Shown here one piece after another: positions 17,579 to 27,779 of a stretch of DNA of 64,000 bases. Position 1 is the first letter of the stretch, and the number at the start of each line of letters is the position of its first letter. Under the pieces are notes generated by a model. That model searched no databases. It was not told where the DNA came from and saw only the letters and a program-made list of their open reading frames with translations. Position numbers and translations under genes: made by a program. Source of the DNA: Parcubacteria group bacterium Gr01-1014_13 (GTDB lineage Bacteria > Patescibacteriota > Patescibacteriia > Magasanikbacterales > GWA2-37-8); contig VMGB01000001.1 in NCBI GenBank assembly GCA_007376295.1, forward strand, positions 349,969 to 413,968, written 5' to 3'.

Positions 17579-18091
17579 CTATTGCACTATTATCGTTCCG
17601 CTCATTGAAGGATGGAGACCGCAAGCATAGGCGTATGTTCCCGGCTTATCAAATTTAAGCTGATAAGATCCGCCATTACTAAGGACAGCCGAAGCTGCAA
17701 ACCGACCATCGCTAGACACAACACTGTGAGGGGCACCGTCTTTATTTGTCCATTTTACTGTTGTACCTGCTTTAACTGTAATACTGGCTGGAGCAAAGGC
17801 GAAGCTAGCAATTGCAACTTCACGAGTTTCCGGTTTGCTTTCTGCTGGAGCAGGGGTTGGTTCCGGTGCTGGAGTTGAAGGTTTGGTTTCTGGAGTTTGG
17901 GTCTGAGAAGATGCTGAAACATTTGTTTGAGATTCCGGTAGAGAGGACTGCGGAGATTGTTCAGTTGGTGCTGTAGTAGTATTTTCCAGTTGAGTTTCCG
18001 TTGTAACAGTATTGTTCGCAGCACAGCCTGCGCCCATTAAAACCAAACTGCTTACCATCGAACCTAATACCAAGAATTTTTTCATATACAA
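17579..18091 (-). CDS. cupredoxin-domain lipoprotein (plastocyanin/azurin-like type-1 copper protein)
   Basis: Lipobox LMGAGCA, a Thr/Pro/Ser-rich linker, and a C-terminal cupredoxin domain with H...C..H..M ligands (GAPHSVV...YACGLHPSMSG). Confidence 0.7.
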   Translation of the reverse strand: MYMKKFLVLGSMVSSLVLMGAGCAANNTVTTETQLENTTTAPTEQSPQSSLPESQTNVSASSQTQTPETKPSTPAPEPTPAPAESKPETREVAIASFAFAPASITVKAGTTVKWTNKDGAPHSVVSSDGRFAASAVLSNGGSYQLKFDKPGTYAYACGLHPSMSGTIIVQ

Positions 18092-18140
18092 TTGTATATT
18101 TAAGATTAATAAAATTATTATAGCACGGATTTAGAAAAAA

Positions 18141-18179
18141 GAAAAGGACATTCATTATTTTGAAATGTCCTCACAAACC
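18141..18179 (-). terminator. rho-independent terminator of the 18183-18668 gene
   Basis: On the minus strand: AGGACATttcaaaataatgaATGTCCT followed by a U-rich tail. Confidence 0.5.
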
Positions 18180-18182
18180 GCA

Positions 18183-18668
18183 TTAATCTTTTAGTTTTAC
18201 TTCTTCTTTCTCCGCCACATCTGGTTGCTGCTTATCTTGATTCAAGGCTGCAAATTCAGCCAGAGCTCCTGGGAATCTGCTTCCGACAAAGAAAGTCAAT
18301 CCCATTAATTTATTCCACCAATACCAAGTTTCCATCCGATTTTCATCATAACCTTTCTTCAGCTCCCAGCACTCACCTTCTTTTATCCACGCCCTTGGTT
18401 CATAGTCTTTTATCTCATAAAAACGGCCGGCATCAAAGAGTGCGGACAAACTCATTAACACAACAACTGAGAAAAGAATAATCAAAAGCACAAAACCATA
18501 CGTAGGAAAATGAAACGTTACAAGAGAGTATCCGTTGACTACAGCGATGATTGCAAAAAGCCCAGCCATAATTAACGACCTACGCATCATGCGCTTATAC
18601 CTTTGCGCTTTTTCTGCAGCAATTTCTTCATAAGAAAATTCTTTGCGAGCAGGTTGTGCGTCTAACAT
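18183..18668 (-). CDS. hypothetical 2-TM membrane protein
   Basis: 161 aa with two central hydrophobic helices. No family recognised. Confidence 0.4.
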   Translation of the reverse strand: MLDAQPARKEFSYEEIAAEKAQRYKRMMRRSLIMAGLFAIIAVVNGYSLVTFHFPTYGFVLLIILFSVVVLMSLSALFDAGRFYEIKDYEPRAWIKEGECWELKKGYDENRMETWYWWNKLMGLTFFVGSRFPGALAEFAALNQDKQQPDVAEKEEVKLKD

Positions 18669-18703
18669 TGTCCAACTCCTTTTTGTATGGGAATTTTACC
18701 CAG

Positions 18704-18776
18704 TCAGGCTAGCGGGACTTGAACCCGCGGCCTCATGCACCCCATGCATGCGCGATACCAACTTCGCCATAGCCTG
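18704..18776 (-). tRNA. tRNA-Pro (anticodon GGG)
   Basis: Hand-folded cloverleaf on the minus strand: acceptor CAGGCTA/TAGCCTG, D-stem GCGA/TCGC, anticodon stem CATGC/GCATG with loop AUGGGGU (G37), T-arm GCGGG-TTCAAGT-CCCGC, discriminator A. CCA is not encoded. Confidence 0.85.
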
Positions 18777-18798
18777 TTCGAATGAGAGAAGGAAATAA

Positions 18799-19878
18799 TT
18801 AAATTTCTACCAAGGTATTTTCACCCAGAATCATTTTTTGTTTACCAATTCCCTTTACCACATTTACTCCAGAGCCAACAATGCTGCCAAATAATTTTAT
18901 ATCGGCACTAATATTGCATTTATTTAAAATAATTGAATCCCCTATTTGGGCGTTCTTTATAGTACTACCAGCTCCGATAGTGGTATTTGGACTAATTATA
19001 CAATCTTCCAAAGTACAATTTTCTCCTATTAGCACCGAGCCAGTAATTTTTACATTTTTATTTACAGTTGTACCCACGCCAATACGCACCTTACCATTTA
19101 TCTGCGCGCCCTCCTCTACCTTTCCTTCTACCTTAAAATTTTCCGTAGGAATTTCTTCTAATAAAAGCTGGCTGGCAACTATCAAATCATCCGGCATACC
19201 TGTATCCCTCCACCAACCGGTTATCTCTTTATATCCAACTTTTAAATTGTTCTTTAGAAAATCAGAATGAATACTGGATATTTCATATTCTCCTCTTGAA
19301 CTTTTTTGAATATTATTAAAGGCTTTAAAAAAGACTCCTGGACCATATAAATAAATGCCGGTAACGGCAAAATTATTCGGCGGGTTTGAAGGTTTTTCTA
19401 ATACATCCACAAGATTATTTTTTTCATCAAAAACTGGCACACCAAAACTGCGGGCATCTGGAACCTGAGATAAGGACAACATGCAGTCGTAATTGCCATT
19501 TACAAATTCGTCTACAAAATTATTTAAACTTCCTAAAATTACATTATCAGAAAGATAGAATAAAAACGGATCATTACCGATAAATTTTTCCGCTTGTTTT
19601 ACCACATGCGCCACTCCTTGTGGACCGCCTTGCTGTTCAAAAAAAGTTATTTTAACCCCCCAATGTCCGCCATCACCAATATATTTTTGCAGTTCTGTTT
19701 CACCTGGATTGGTATTAATAAAAATTTCTTCTATACCCGCATTGACCGCTTTTTCTATAGCATGAAAAATCATTGGCTTATTGGCCAAAGGTATCAAATG
19801 TTTATTCATGGTAGAGGTTACTGGCCGCAGTCTAGTCGCTCGTCCCCCACCAGTTAATATTGCTTTTTTTATTTTCAT
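18799..19878 (-). CDS. sugar-1-phosphate nucleotidyltransferase with C-terminal left-handed beta-helix (G1P thymidylyl/uridylyl- or M1P guanylyl-transferase family)
   Basis: N-terminal GGxGxRL motif (LTGGGRATRLRPVT) and C-terminal hexapeptide repeats. Confidence 0.7.
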   Translation of the reverse strand: MKIKKAILTGGGRATRLRPVTSTMNKHLIPLANKPMIFHAIEKAVNAGIEEIFINTNPGETELQKYIGDGGHWGVKITFFEQQGGPQGVAHVVKQAEKFIGNDPFLFYLSDNVILGSLNNFVDEFVNGNYDCMLSLSQVPDARSFGVPVFDEKNNLVDVLEKPSNPPNNFAVTGIYLYGPGVFFKAFNNIQKSSRGEYEISSIHSDFLKNNLKVGYKEITGWWRDTGMPDDLIVASQLLLEEIPTENFKVEGKVEEGAQINGKVRIGVGTTVNKNVKITGSVLIGENCTLEDCIISPNTTIGAGSTIKNAQIGDSIILNKCNISADIKLFGSIVGSGVNVVKGIGKQKMILGENTLVEI

Positions 19879-19882
19879 ACAA

Positions 19883-20977
19883 TTACCAAAAAATAATTCT
19901 CTTTGCTATAAACCAATACGCTACCATCAGCGGATTAGCAATATATTTTAATAACGGATTATTAATATCTTTTTCTTCAAAAATAACTTTGTCCGCTGCT
20001 AATTTTAAAATCTCTTTATCTGTAACTTTACGTATAGATTGAATATGTTTGCGTTTAGCCAACCACAACTGCCAATGTTTTAAATTTAACCAATATTTAT
20101 ATACGCTTATTCGTACCGCAAACCAACCGCTTATAACTGAAAAGAATATCAGACCAATTTCCATAACTAAAGCCATCGGCAGAAGCACCAGTAAGGTAGG
20201 CCATTTAAAATACATCAACATCACACCATATCTGTTTCTTTCCATGTAGTAAAATTTGTCTTCATTACGACTAAACTGATATTTATGATAAAAAATCGCA
20301 TCTCTGACTATACATACTTTATACCCAAGAGCTTTCATGCGCAATGAATATTCTATGTCTTCGTGATACAAGAAAAAATCTTTATCCCAAGAGCCATATT
20401 CTTTGAGCAACTTCGCGCGCATAAGTATGGAAGCGCCGCTGGCATAACCGACTTCTTCTACTGGAGCCAATTTTAAATCACTTTTCTTAACTCGAAAATT
20501 TCCACAATAACCAAAGCCTAAATAATGAAAAGAGTTGCCGGCTGTATTTACTAATTCCGTTTCCGGATAAAGCAGCAACAAAGATTGAGCCGCCCCGATT
20601 TGTTGGTCTGCCTCCAAAGCTGCCACCATTTTTTCTATACAATCTGCAGCCATAAAGCCATCGTTGTTGTGCAGATACACATAATCAAAACCGTGTTCTA
20701 AGGCCCAAGCAATACCGATATTGTTACCTCCGGCAAAACCAAGGTTTTCTTTTTGAGGCAAAAGCGTAACATGCGGAATGCTACTACCAGAAATTGGCAA
20801 TAATTTTTCTTCCAGATTTCGCATTGATGAACCAAACTTTGGATGCGGGTTATCAACTACAATAAATTCTACCCGATCTTTTGGATAAGTAATTTTTTGC
20901 AACGCAGAAGTGACATCGTCTAAATAGATGTCAGAATTGAAAGATAAATAAATTATTGCGACCTTAGGATGCTGCAT
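19883..20977 (-). CDS. family-2 glycosyltransferase with C-terminal TM segment
   Basis: GT-A fold (VVDNPHP..., NLGFAGGNN, DxD-like HNNDG), a DUF-like membrane tail. Confidence 0.7.
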   Translation of the reverse strand: MQHPKVAIIYLSFNSDIYLDDVTSALQKITYPKDRVEFIVVDNPHPKFGSSMRNLEEKLLPISGSSIPHVTLLPQKENLGFAGGNNIGIAWALEHGFDYVYLHNNDGFMAADCIEKMVAALEADQQIGAAQSLLLLYPETELVNTAGNSFHYLGFGYCGNFRVKKSDLKLAPVEEVGYASGASILMRAKLLKEYGSWDKDFFLYHEDIEYSLRMKALGYKVCIVRDAIFYHKYQFSRNEDKFYYMERNRYGVMLMYFKWPTLLVLLPMALVMEIGLIFFSVISGWFAVRISVYKYWLNLKHWQLWLAKRKHIQSIRKVTDKEILKLAADKVIFEEKDINNPLLKYIANPLMVAYWFIAKRIIFW

Positions 20978-21818
20978 AATATTTATGATGACGTCGCCAT
21001 TTCCACAAGTACTTGAACCAGCTGACCAAATGAATTCTGGCCAATTTGTTTTTTATTAAAGCATTAAATATTCCCGGTACTTTGGCTGACTCGCGAGCAT
21101 GTTTATGCATTATGATAATATCATGAACATAATAAACTGGCCAGCCGTTCTCCCACATAGTCAGCGACCAATCACAGTCCTCCAGATACATAAAATAGCG
21201 TTCATCAAACCACCCAATGGAATCTACGACTTCCTGGCGAACGACCATAGCTGCCCCCAGCACCCAATCTACCGGCATAGTTTCATTGTGATCAAAATCT
21301 TTCATTAGCAATCTATCAGAGTGCTTTTTTACCCACTTGTACTTCTTATCAAAATTTATCTGTTTCAAAGGTTTGATCAAAATTGATGGCAGATCAAACC
21401 GGTAACAAGAATACTGTAAAGTCCAGTCGCTGTTGAGCAGCTTGGGACCAATGCAGCCTATCTTCGGATTATCATCCATAAACTTTATAATCCGTTCGAT
21501 GGTACGAGAATTTTCTAATACTGTAGTGTCTGGATTTAAAGCAAAATAATATCTAGCTGGTGTGGCTTTAAATCCAATAGTATTGCCTTTGCCAAAACCC
21601 ATGTTCCTGCCGCAATCTATATATTTTACCGTTGGAAACTGGGCGGCCAAATCTTCTTTAATACCGTCTTTATTTTCTGAGTTATCAGCTACAGTAATCT
21701 GAACATCATAAGGGCAGTTGGCAATATCTTTCAAAACCGAAGCAACCGCTTCTAAAATGTCGGCTCTCATGAAGTAATTTAAAAATACAATATTTATATC
21801 TTTCATCATGCCCACCAT
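20964..21818 (-). CDS. family-2 glycosyltransferase
   Basis: GT-A signatures (ITVADNSENKDG, GFGKGNTIG, LEDCDW). Confidence 0.7.
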   Translation of the reverse strand: MVGMMKDINIVFLNYFMRADILEAVASVLKDIANCPYDVQITVADNSENKDGIKEDLAAQFPTVKYIDCGRNMGFGKGNTIGFKATPARYYFALNPDTTVLENSRTIERIIKFMDDNPKIGCIGPKLLNSDWTLQYSCYRFDLPSILIKPLKQINFDKKYKWVKKHSDRLLMKDFDHNETMPVDWVLGAAMVVRQEVVDSIGWFDERYFMYLEDCDWSLTMWENGWPVYYVHDIIIMHKHARESAKVPGIFNALIKNKLARIHLVSWFKYLWKWRRHHKYYAAS

Positions 21819-22840
21819 TGGCGCATCTCCTGCCAGCTTATCTTCCTTAAAGACCTAATTAGGCGGCGTTTTTGCGCTAAATCATTAGTAAATAACCCTT
21901 TCAGCCCGCCCAGTACCCTCCTATGAAAAAACAGGAAGTAGACGAACTTCTTCAATTCATACCATAAAATCCAGGGAAAATCAAGGGTAAAGTTCTGCCA
22001 GTACTCATTTTTGTATAAGGTCATCAAATGGTTTTTGTAGCTATGGTATTTTACTAATTCAGATTGCTTTTTTTTATTAGCTAAAGCAGACAGGTCGCCG
22101 GCCTCTTTGGGGCCAGCCGCAGACCGATCGTGGTAGGCTACCGCATCCAAAACAATATATGATTTGTGCCCAGCAGATGCCAAACGAAATGCGAGATCTA
22201 CATCTTCTTTGTATGAATGATATGACTGGTCAAAAATACTGCCATCTGCATACGCAACACTTTTTAAGGCCAAGGCTCGAAATGCAGGCAACGCGCCGGA
22301 AACTCCAAACACAGGCAATGCAAGGGATGAAAAATTAGTTTTTATTTCTGACCAATTTTTTTGGGCATGGCTCTCCATAACTCGCCTACTGCGATAAACT
22401 TCCAATCCTAAAGTGTCAATTTGATCGGTAAAACTTTTTTGCAAGTCATTTACGGCTTGATTAAAATTCCATCTCATCAATCTTGGGGAAACAGAAGTGG
22501 CTTCTGGGCGTTCATCCAAAAACATGACAATTTTCTCCAAACAATCTGCTTTTAAATACATGTCTTGATTGAGCAACAACATGTATTCACTTTTAGATTC
22601 TCTAAACACCTGATTATGTCCGCCGGCAAACCCCAAGTTATTTTCATTTTCAATAATTTTGTATGGAACAGGGAAAATACTCAATTCTTTTTTAATCAGC
22701 TCCAACGTATTATCACTAGAATTATTGTCGACCACAAAAAGTGTCCAATCCTTGTATGTCTGTTGGCGTAGTGAATCAAAAAGAAAGGGTATATACTTTG
22801 CCCCATTCCAGACTACAAGATGAACTGATAATTTAGCCAT
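21806..22840 (-). CDS. family-2 glycosyltransferase
   Basis: VVDNNSSDNT, NLGFAGGHN, an ED-type acceptor motif. Confidence 0.7.
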   Translation of the reverse strand: MAKLSVHLVVWNGAKYIPFLFDSLRQQTYKDWTLFVVDNNSSDNTLELIKKELSIFPVPYKIIENENNLGFAGGHNQVFRESKSEYMLLLNQDMYLKADCLEKIVMFLDERPEATSVSPRLMRWNFNQAVNDLQKSFTDQIDTLGLEVYRSRRVMESHAQKNWSEIKTNFSSLALPVFGVSGALPAFRALALKSVAYADGSIFDQSYHSYKEDVDLAFRLASAGHKSYIVLDAVAYHDRSAAGPKEAGDLSALANKKKQSELVKYHSYKNHLMTLYKNEYWQNFTLDFPWILWYELKKFVYFLFFHRRVLGGLKGLFTNDLAQKRRLIRSLRKISWQEMRQWWA

Positions 22841-22844
22841 ACAA

Positions 22845-23627
22845 TTAACTCTTTCTCCATTTCCAAAAATATTGCACCATGCTTTTGATAAACTGCTTTT
22901 GTTTCCAAAAAAAGTTTATCTTTTTAAAACTCTGCCCGACATAATCTACGCAACTAATAACCGGGGTGTAAACAACTTTTAATCCCATTTTTTTAACCTC
23001 TCGGCAAAGATCAACATCTTCAAACCAGATAAAATATCTGGGATCAAAGGCCCAGCCTAATTTTTCGTAGACCTGCCGGCGCATTATCATAAATGAACCG
23101 CGCACTGAATCTACTTCTTGTTCTATATCCGGATTAAAATCTTTGAATAAATAATTATCAACAATATTTGGGAATAGATGCGGTAATTTTAAAATTATAG
23201 CTAATTGATCCCAAATTGTCGGAAAACGTCTAGGCAAAGCGCTTCTATTTAATTTTCCATGCTGATCTACCAACTTACAGCTAGCCAATCCCACATCTGG
23301 ATGACTACGCATCCAATCTACCATTTTGTCCAGACTTCCCTCTTCTACCAGCATATCTGGGTTTAAAAAAAGCAAAAACTCGCCCATAGCGAGTTTGGCT
23401 GCTTGATTATTAGGGGAACCAAATCCCCTGTTTTTTTCGTTTTTTAATAACCTAACTCCTCCCGTTTTCTCTATCAGCTCTACCGTATTATCGGTAGAAG
23501 CATTATCGACAATAATTTCTTCAAAAGAAATATTTTTGCAGCCGGCTTTGACTGATTTTATTTGCTTTTCAATCAGTTCGGCTCCATTCCAAGTAACAGT
23601 AATTACAGATAAATCCATACAGTACAA
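22845..23627 (-). CDS. family-2 glycosyltransferase
   Basis: IVDNASTDNT, NRGFGSPNN, FEDVDLC. Confidence 0.7.
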   Translation of the reverse strand: MYCMDLSVITVTWNGAELIEKQIKSVKAGCKNISFEEIIVDNASTDNTVELIEKTGGVRLLKNEKNRGFGSPNNQAAKLAMGEFLLFLNPDMLVEEGSLDKMVDWMRSHPDVGLASCKLVDQHGKLNRSALPRRFPTIWDQLAIILKLPHLFPNIVDNYLFKDFNPDIEQEVDSVRGSFMIMRRQVYEKLGWAFDPRYFIWFEDVDLCREVKKMGLKVVYTPVISCVDYVGQSFKKINFFWKQKQFIKSMVQYFWKWRKS

Positions 23628-23631
23628 TTAA

Positions 23632-24696
23632 TTATTTTTTCAATTGGTCTTTAAAAAAATCAACCAAAGGAATAGCTGTAGGATCTATGCCTTGTAACAT
23701 GGCAGAATAAAAACTGACATAGCTGCCTAAAACAAGCACCTCGCAAGCCTGTAGTAACTTTTTCTTTTCCTGGCACTGATATGAAGTAAATGAAATTTTT
23801 TTGTTATCTAAAACCTGTTTGGTGATTTCGTATCTTTTTTGTAAACGTTTGTCGTACAACTGCGATTCCAATAAAACAAACTTGATATCATTTTTATTGC
23901 TTCCTGGAAAAGAAGTTCCTTCCATCAAATGGTGATTCATTTCTGGAACTATAAAATAACCGGCAAATCTTTTGGCATTCTCGTTCATTTGGTTGGCCGC
24001 TATATGCGCGTTACCAGCCAAATGTTCTGAAGACAGATACCATACGCTTTTACCAAGCAGGCTTGTAGCCAACTGTTTAGCCAAATTATTTACTTCCGGT
24101 TTATCAACACCAAAAAATAAATTAAATTTAGAAATTGTTTGTAGGGCATTTTTAACTTCTGCCGGAGATAGTTTGAGTAAGCCGACATTTGCTAGTAAAG
24201 CAATCTGACCAAAAATAGAATATCCGAGCCCCATTCTTGGCGACCCGCACGGATTGTTGTTGGTAGTAAAAATTAGCGCAGGAATTTTATTCTTTTTTGC
24301 CCAATCGGCCAATTTACCACCGGAACAAATCACCATCACTTTTGCTTTCTTCTTTTTGGCATCAGCGGCTGCGCTGACAATTTCTTCGGTTGATCCAGAA
24401 TAACTAGAAGCAATAACTAATGATTTTTCGTTTACAAATCTTGGAGCGTCATACCCATTTACAATTTCTACAGGAATTTGCAGGCTTTCTAGAAAAACTG
24501 ATTTGATAAGGTGCGCGCCTAAAGCTGAACCACCCATACCCAAAACCACCATGTTATTTACTTTTTTATATCCCGACGGAATTTTAACTTTTTTTGTCAA
24601 AGCCAAAACTTCTTCCACTTGCTTACCAAGCAACTGGATACTGCCAAGCATATTCTGTGAGTCTAAAGCCGATATTTTTGCTTTGTCGTCTAACAT
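23632..24696 (-). CDS. bifunctional phosphoglucose/phosphomannose isomerase (SIS-domain, archaeal-type PGI/PMI)
   Basis: Two SIS-like halves (VVLGMGGSALGAH...; ASSYSGST EE). Confidence 0.65.
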   Translation of the reverse strand: MLDDKAKISALDSQNMLGSIQLLGKQVEEVLALTKKVKIPSGYKKVNNMVVLGMGGSALGAHLIKSVFLESLQIPVEIVNGYDAPRFVNEKSLVIASSYSGSTEEIVSAAADAKKKKAKVMVICSGGKLADWAKKNKIPALIFTTNNNPCGSPRMGLGYSIFGQIALLANVGLLKLSPAEVKNALQTISKFNLFFGVDKPEVNNLAKQLATSLLGKSVWYLSSEHLAGNAHIAANQMNENAKRFAGYFIVPEMNHHLMEGTSFPGSNKNDIKFVLLESQLYDKRLQKRYEITKQVLDNKKISFTSYQCQEKKKLLQACEVLVLGSYVSFYSAMLQGIDPTAIPLVDFFKDQLKK

Positions 24697-24810
24697 ATTT
24701 AATAATTAAAAGTTATGCTATTTTAGCAATTTTGGCATATTTTGTAAAGAAAAAAATAACATACTAAAAAGACCCGTTTCAGTAGATCTTTTTGCTCCTG
24801 GCTATTAGAT

Positions 24811-25659
24811 TTAATTACTAGCTTTTTTCAGCGCGGCGTATTTTTTCATCGTATCAACTACAGCTTCCTTTATCGGTCGCATATGAATACCCAATTTTTC
24901 CAAATTTTCCGATTGTAAAAAATTATTTGATCTTAATTTTTTAGCTAATCCGGTTGTAACCAATTCCTCCTCTGTAATCCATTCATTGGCATGATTTGGG
25001 TCAACATATTCTTTGTACAAAGCAATAAGCTCTTTATGCTTTAGAGTTCCGGGATTGGTAACATGAAATATTCCGGTTGCCTGTTTTTCCAAAAGCTGCG
25101 CAAAAACATGAATCATATCTTCCAAAACCGTTACGCTGTTTTCCACATCAATAACTTTTTTATAAGATGCCAATTTGTCAATTAAATTTCCCGGAGAAGA
25201 AATATAATCTATAGGCATGCGAATACGGCCGATACCCACGTTGGGCAAAGTGGACAAAACTAAATCAGCGGCATATTTGGCGCGGCTATAAACTGCGGAA
25301 GGGTTAGCAAAATCACTTTCTTTCCAGCCTTTTGGATCGGGTGATTCGCCATAAAATACACAACCACTACCCATATGCAGTAAATATACATTTTTTTTCT
25401 GACAGGCCTCGGCCAGCATTATCGGCAAAACTGTGTTACCAAACATTGTTTCCAATTGGTGAGTTTCGCACCAGTCGACATTTGGCTTACCAGTAATTCC
25501 GGCAGCATTAAGAACCGAATCAGGTTTGTGTTCATCTAACAAATCCTCCGCGTCTTTTACCGAAGTAATAATCTTACCGGATAAAACTGCATCCGGCCAA
25601 GCGCCGGCACAGCGAGTACCCATAAAACCATTGCCGATAATTAAAATCTTTTTCGCCAT
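24811..25659 (-). CDS. rfbD: dTDP-4-dehydrorhamnose reductase-like (RmlD family)
   Basis: Short Rossmann GNGFMG and YSRAK (YxxxK). Adjacent to RmlB. Confidence 0.6.
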   Translation of the reverse strand: MAKKILIIGNGFMGTRCAGAWPDAVLSGKIITSVKDAEDLLDEHKPDSVLNAAGITGKPNVDWCETHQLETMFGNTVLPIMLAEACQKKNVYLLHMGSGCVFYGESPDPKGWKESDFANPSAVYSRAKYAADLVLSTLPNVGIGRIRMPIDYISSPGNLIDKLASYKKVIDVENSVTVLEDMIHVFAQLLEKQATGIFHVTNPGTLKHKELIALYKEYVDPNHANEWITEEELVTTGLAKKLRSNNFLQSENLEKLGIHMRPIKEAVVDTMKKYAALKKASN

Positions 25660-25660
25660 A

Positions 25661-26662
25661 TTATTTGTATTGCTTTTTATAATACTCCAGATACTCGCCG
25701 CTTTTTAATTTTCTCCACCAAGACTCATTGGCACGATACCATTCAATGGTTTCTTCCAAACCCTCGCCAAAATCCTTTTCGGGCTCCCAACCTAAATCTT
25801 CTTTTATTTTACTCCAATTAATAGAATAACGTCTATCGTGACCAGGACGGTCTTTGACCGGCTCAATCATTTCCTCGCCCTGTCCCATTTCCGCTAAAAT
25901 TAATTTTGTTAGCTCTACATTTTCTATTTCCTGGCCAGTGCCGATGTTATAAACTTCTCCGGGTTCGGCTTTATGCAATAACAAATCAATGGCGCGGCAA
26001 TGATCGCTAGTATGAATCCATTCTCTAACATTTTTACCATCGCCGTACAATGGCACTTTTTTTCCTTCCAAAAGATTGGTTATAAATAAAGGAATAATTT
26101 TTTCCGGATATTGATTAGCGCCGTAAAAATTACAGCTATGCGAAACAACTACTGGTGTTTGATAAGTAACAAAATACGCGCGGCACAGATGATCGCCTCC
26201 GGCTTTGGCTGCAGCATATGGACTGTTGGGCGCAAACGGAGATTCTTCGGTAAAACTCCCCTTCTCAATACTTCCATAAACTTCGTCGGTAGAGACCTGG
26301 ACCATCTTTTTTAAATTAAATTTTTTGGTAACTTCAAGCAGATTAAATGTACCCAAAACATCAGTGCGTAAAAATGCGTCTGGATCCATAATTGATCTGT
26401 CCACATGAGTTTCAGCAGCATAATTTACAATTGCTTCAATACCGAACTCTTGCACAGTTTTTTCTAATATTTCGCGGTCGCAAATATCACCTTGGACAAA
26501 TTTATAGCGCGGATCATTTTCTACCTCGTGTAAGTTTTCCAAATAGCCAGCATAAGTTAATTTATCAAAATTCACCACCTGGTAATCGGGGTACTTTGCC
26601 AAAATATATTTTATGAAGTGCGAACCCATAAAACCGGCTCCGCCACAAACTAACAATTTCAT
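25661..26662 (-). CDS. rfbB: dTDP-glucose 4,6-dehydratase
   Basis: GGAGFMGSHF, the catalytic TDEVYG...YAAAKAGGDH triad region, and a length typical for RmlB. Confidence 0.85.
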   Translation of the reverse strand: MKLLVCGGAGFMGSHFIKYILAKYPDYQVVNFDKLTYAGYLENLHEVENDPRYKFVQGDICDREILEKTVQEFGIEAIVNYAAETHVDRSIMDPDAFLRTDVLGTFNLLEVTKKFNLKKMVQVSTDEVYGSIEKGSFTEESPFAPNSPYAAAKAGGDHLCRAYFVTYQTPVVVSHSCNFYGANQYPEKIIPLFITNLLEGKKVPLYGDGKNVREWIHTSDHCRAIDLLLHKAEPGEVYNIGTGQEIENVELTKLILAEMGQGEEMIEPVKDRPGHDRRYSINWSKIKEDLGWEPEKDFGEGLEETIEWYRANESWWRKLKSGEYLEYYKKQYK

Positions 26663-26664
26663 AG

Positions 26665-27777
26665 TTACTTGTAATTACTTTTTTTGCTTACACCAGCCAC
26701 TATTCCCATCGCTGCCAGCATTACCAGCATGGCCGAACCACCATGACTGATAAACGGCAGGGGCACACCGGTGAGCGGTAATAGCCCTATAGTTGTGCTA
26801 ATATTAAGGAAAGATTGCCAGACAAACCATACCATAATTCCGGCAGTAAGTAAATGGCCGAACTGGTCCGGCGCTCCCTTGGCTATTTTAAACCCCCGAA
26901 AACCCAAAAATACAATAAGCACTACCAAAGCCACGCTAATTAATAACCCCATTTCCTCGGCAATTACGGCAAAAATGGAATCTGCCTGTACTTCTGGTAA
27001 GTACTGAAACTTTTGTCGCGAATGGCCCAATCCTAGACCCCAAATCCCTCCAGATCCTACGGCCAGGAAAGATTGATTGATTTGATAGCCGATTCCTTGC
27101 GGATCCAGCTCGGGATGTAAAAAAGTTGTTAACCTTTTTACCCTATAACTATCAGGAGCAACCACCAGCATCAGAACAAAACAAACTACCCCAATTAATC
27201 CTAAAATAGCTAAATAAATCTTGGGGGTGTCTGCTAAATAAAGCATGGCAAAAATAATCACTGCCAAAATAGACAGTGTACCAACATCTGGCTGCGCCGC
27301 GATTAACAGAACTGCTGGAGAAAGCATGGCCAAAACCGGCATTAGTCCATTTTTCCAATCTCTTAAATCCCTACCTTCAGAAAGCAGTTTGGCCAAAATT
27401 ATAATTACAGCCAGTTTGGCAAACTCAGAAGGCTGTAAACTTAAACCGAGCACCTGAATCCAGCTGCGGGCGCCATTTAGCACCAAACCGACACCAGGTA
27501 TAAAAACCAAAGCCAAAAGAATTAAGGCTAATATATAAATCACTCCGCTTAATTTTCGCAATAAATTATAATTAAGACGAGCGAAAATTAAAAATAAAAA
27601 AACTCCCGGCAATAAACCAAATAAAAATTGTTTCTTAATGAAATAAAAGGTATCACCAAACCGGGAATAACCGGCGGGCGAACTCGCCGAAGCTAACATC
27701 ACCAGCCCAAATACCACTAAAATTCCAACGAGTAATAGAAACAGCCTGTCCGCTGATTTTGAAGAGGCTTCTTGCAC
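26665..27777 (-). CDS. rodA: SEDS family peptidoglycan polymerase (RodA/FtsW)
   Basis: 10-TM protein with SEDS signatures (PSEFAKL, QADSIFAVIAEEMG, FISHGGS). Confidence 0.8.
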   Translation of the reverse strand: MQEASSKSADRLFLLLVGILVVFGLVMLASASSPAGYSRFGDTFYFIKKQFLFGLLPGVFLFLIFARLNYNLLRKLSGVIYILALILLALVFIPGVGLVLNGARSWIQVLGLSLQPSEFAKLAVIIILAKLLSEGRDLRDWKNGLMPVLAMLSPAVLLIAAQPDVGTLSILAVIIFAMLYLADTPKIYLAILGLIGVVCFVLMLVVAPDSYRVKRLTTFLHPELDPQGIGYQINQSFLAVGSGGIWGLGLGHSRQKFQYLPEVQADSIFAVIAEEMGLLISVALVVLIVFLGFRGFKIAKGAPDQFGHLLTAGIMVWFVWQSFLNISTTIGLLPLTGVPLPFISHGGSAMLVMLAAMGIVAGVSKKSNYK

Positions 27778-27779
27778 AC

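Noticed and set aside
17880-18000. Thr/Pro/Ser/Gln-rich repetitive stretch in the cupredoxin gene
   Set aside because: Typical flexible stalk linker of surface lipoproteins, not a tandem DNA repeat or mobile element.
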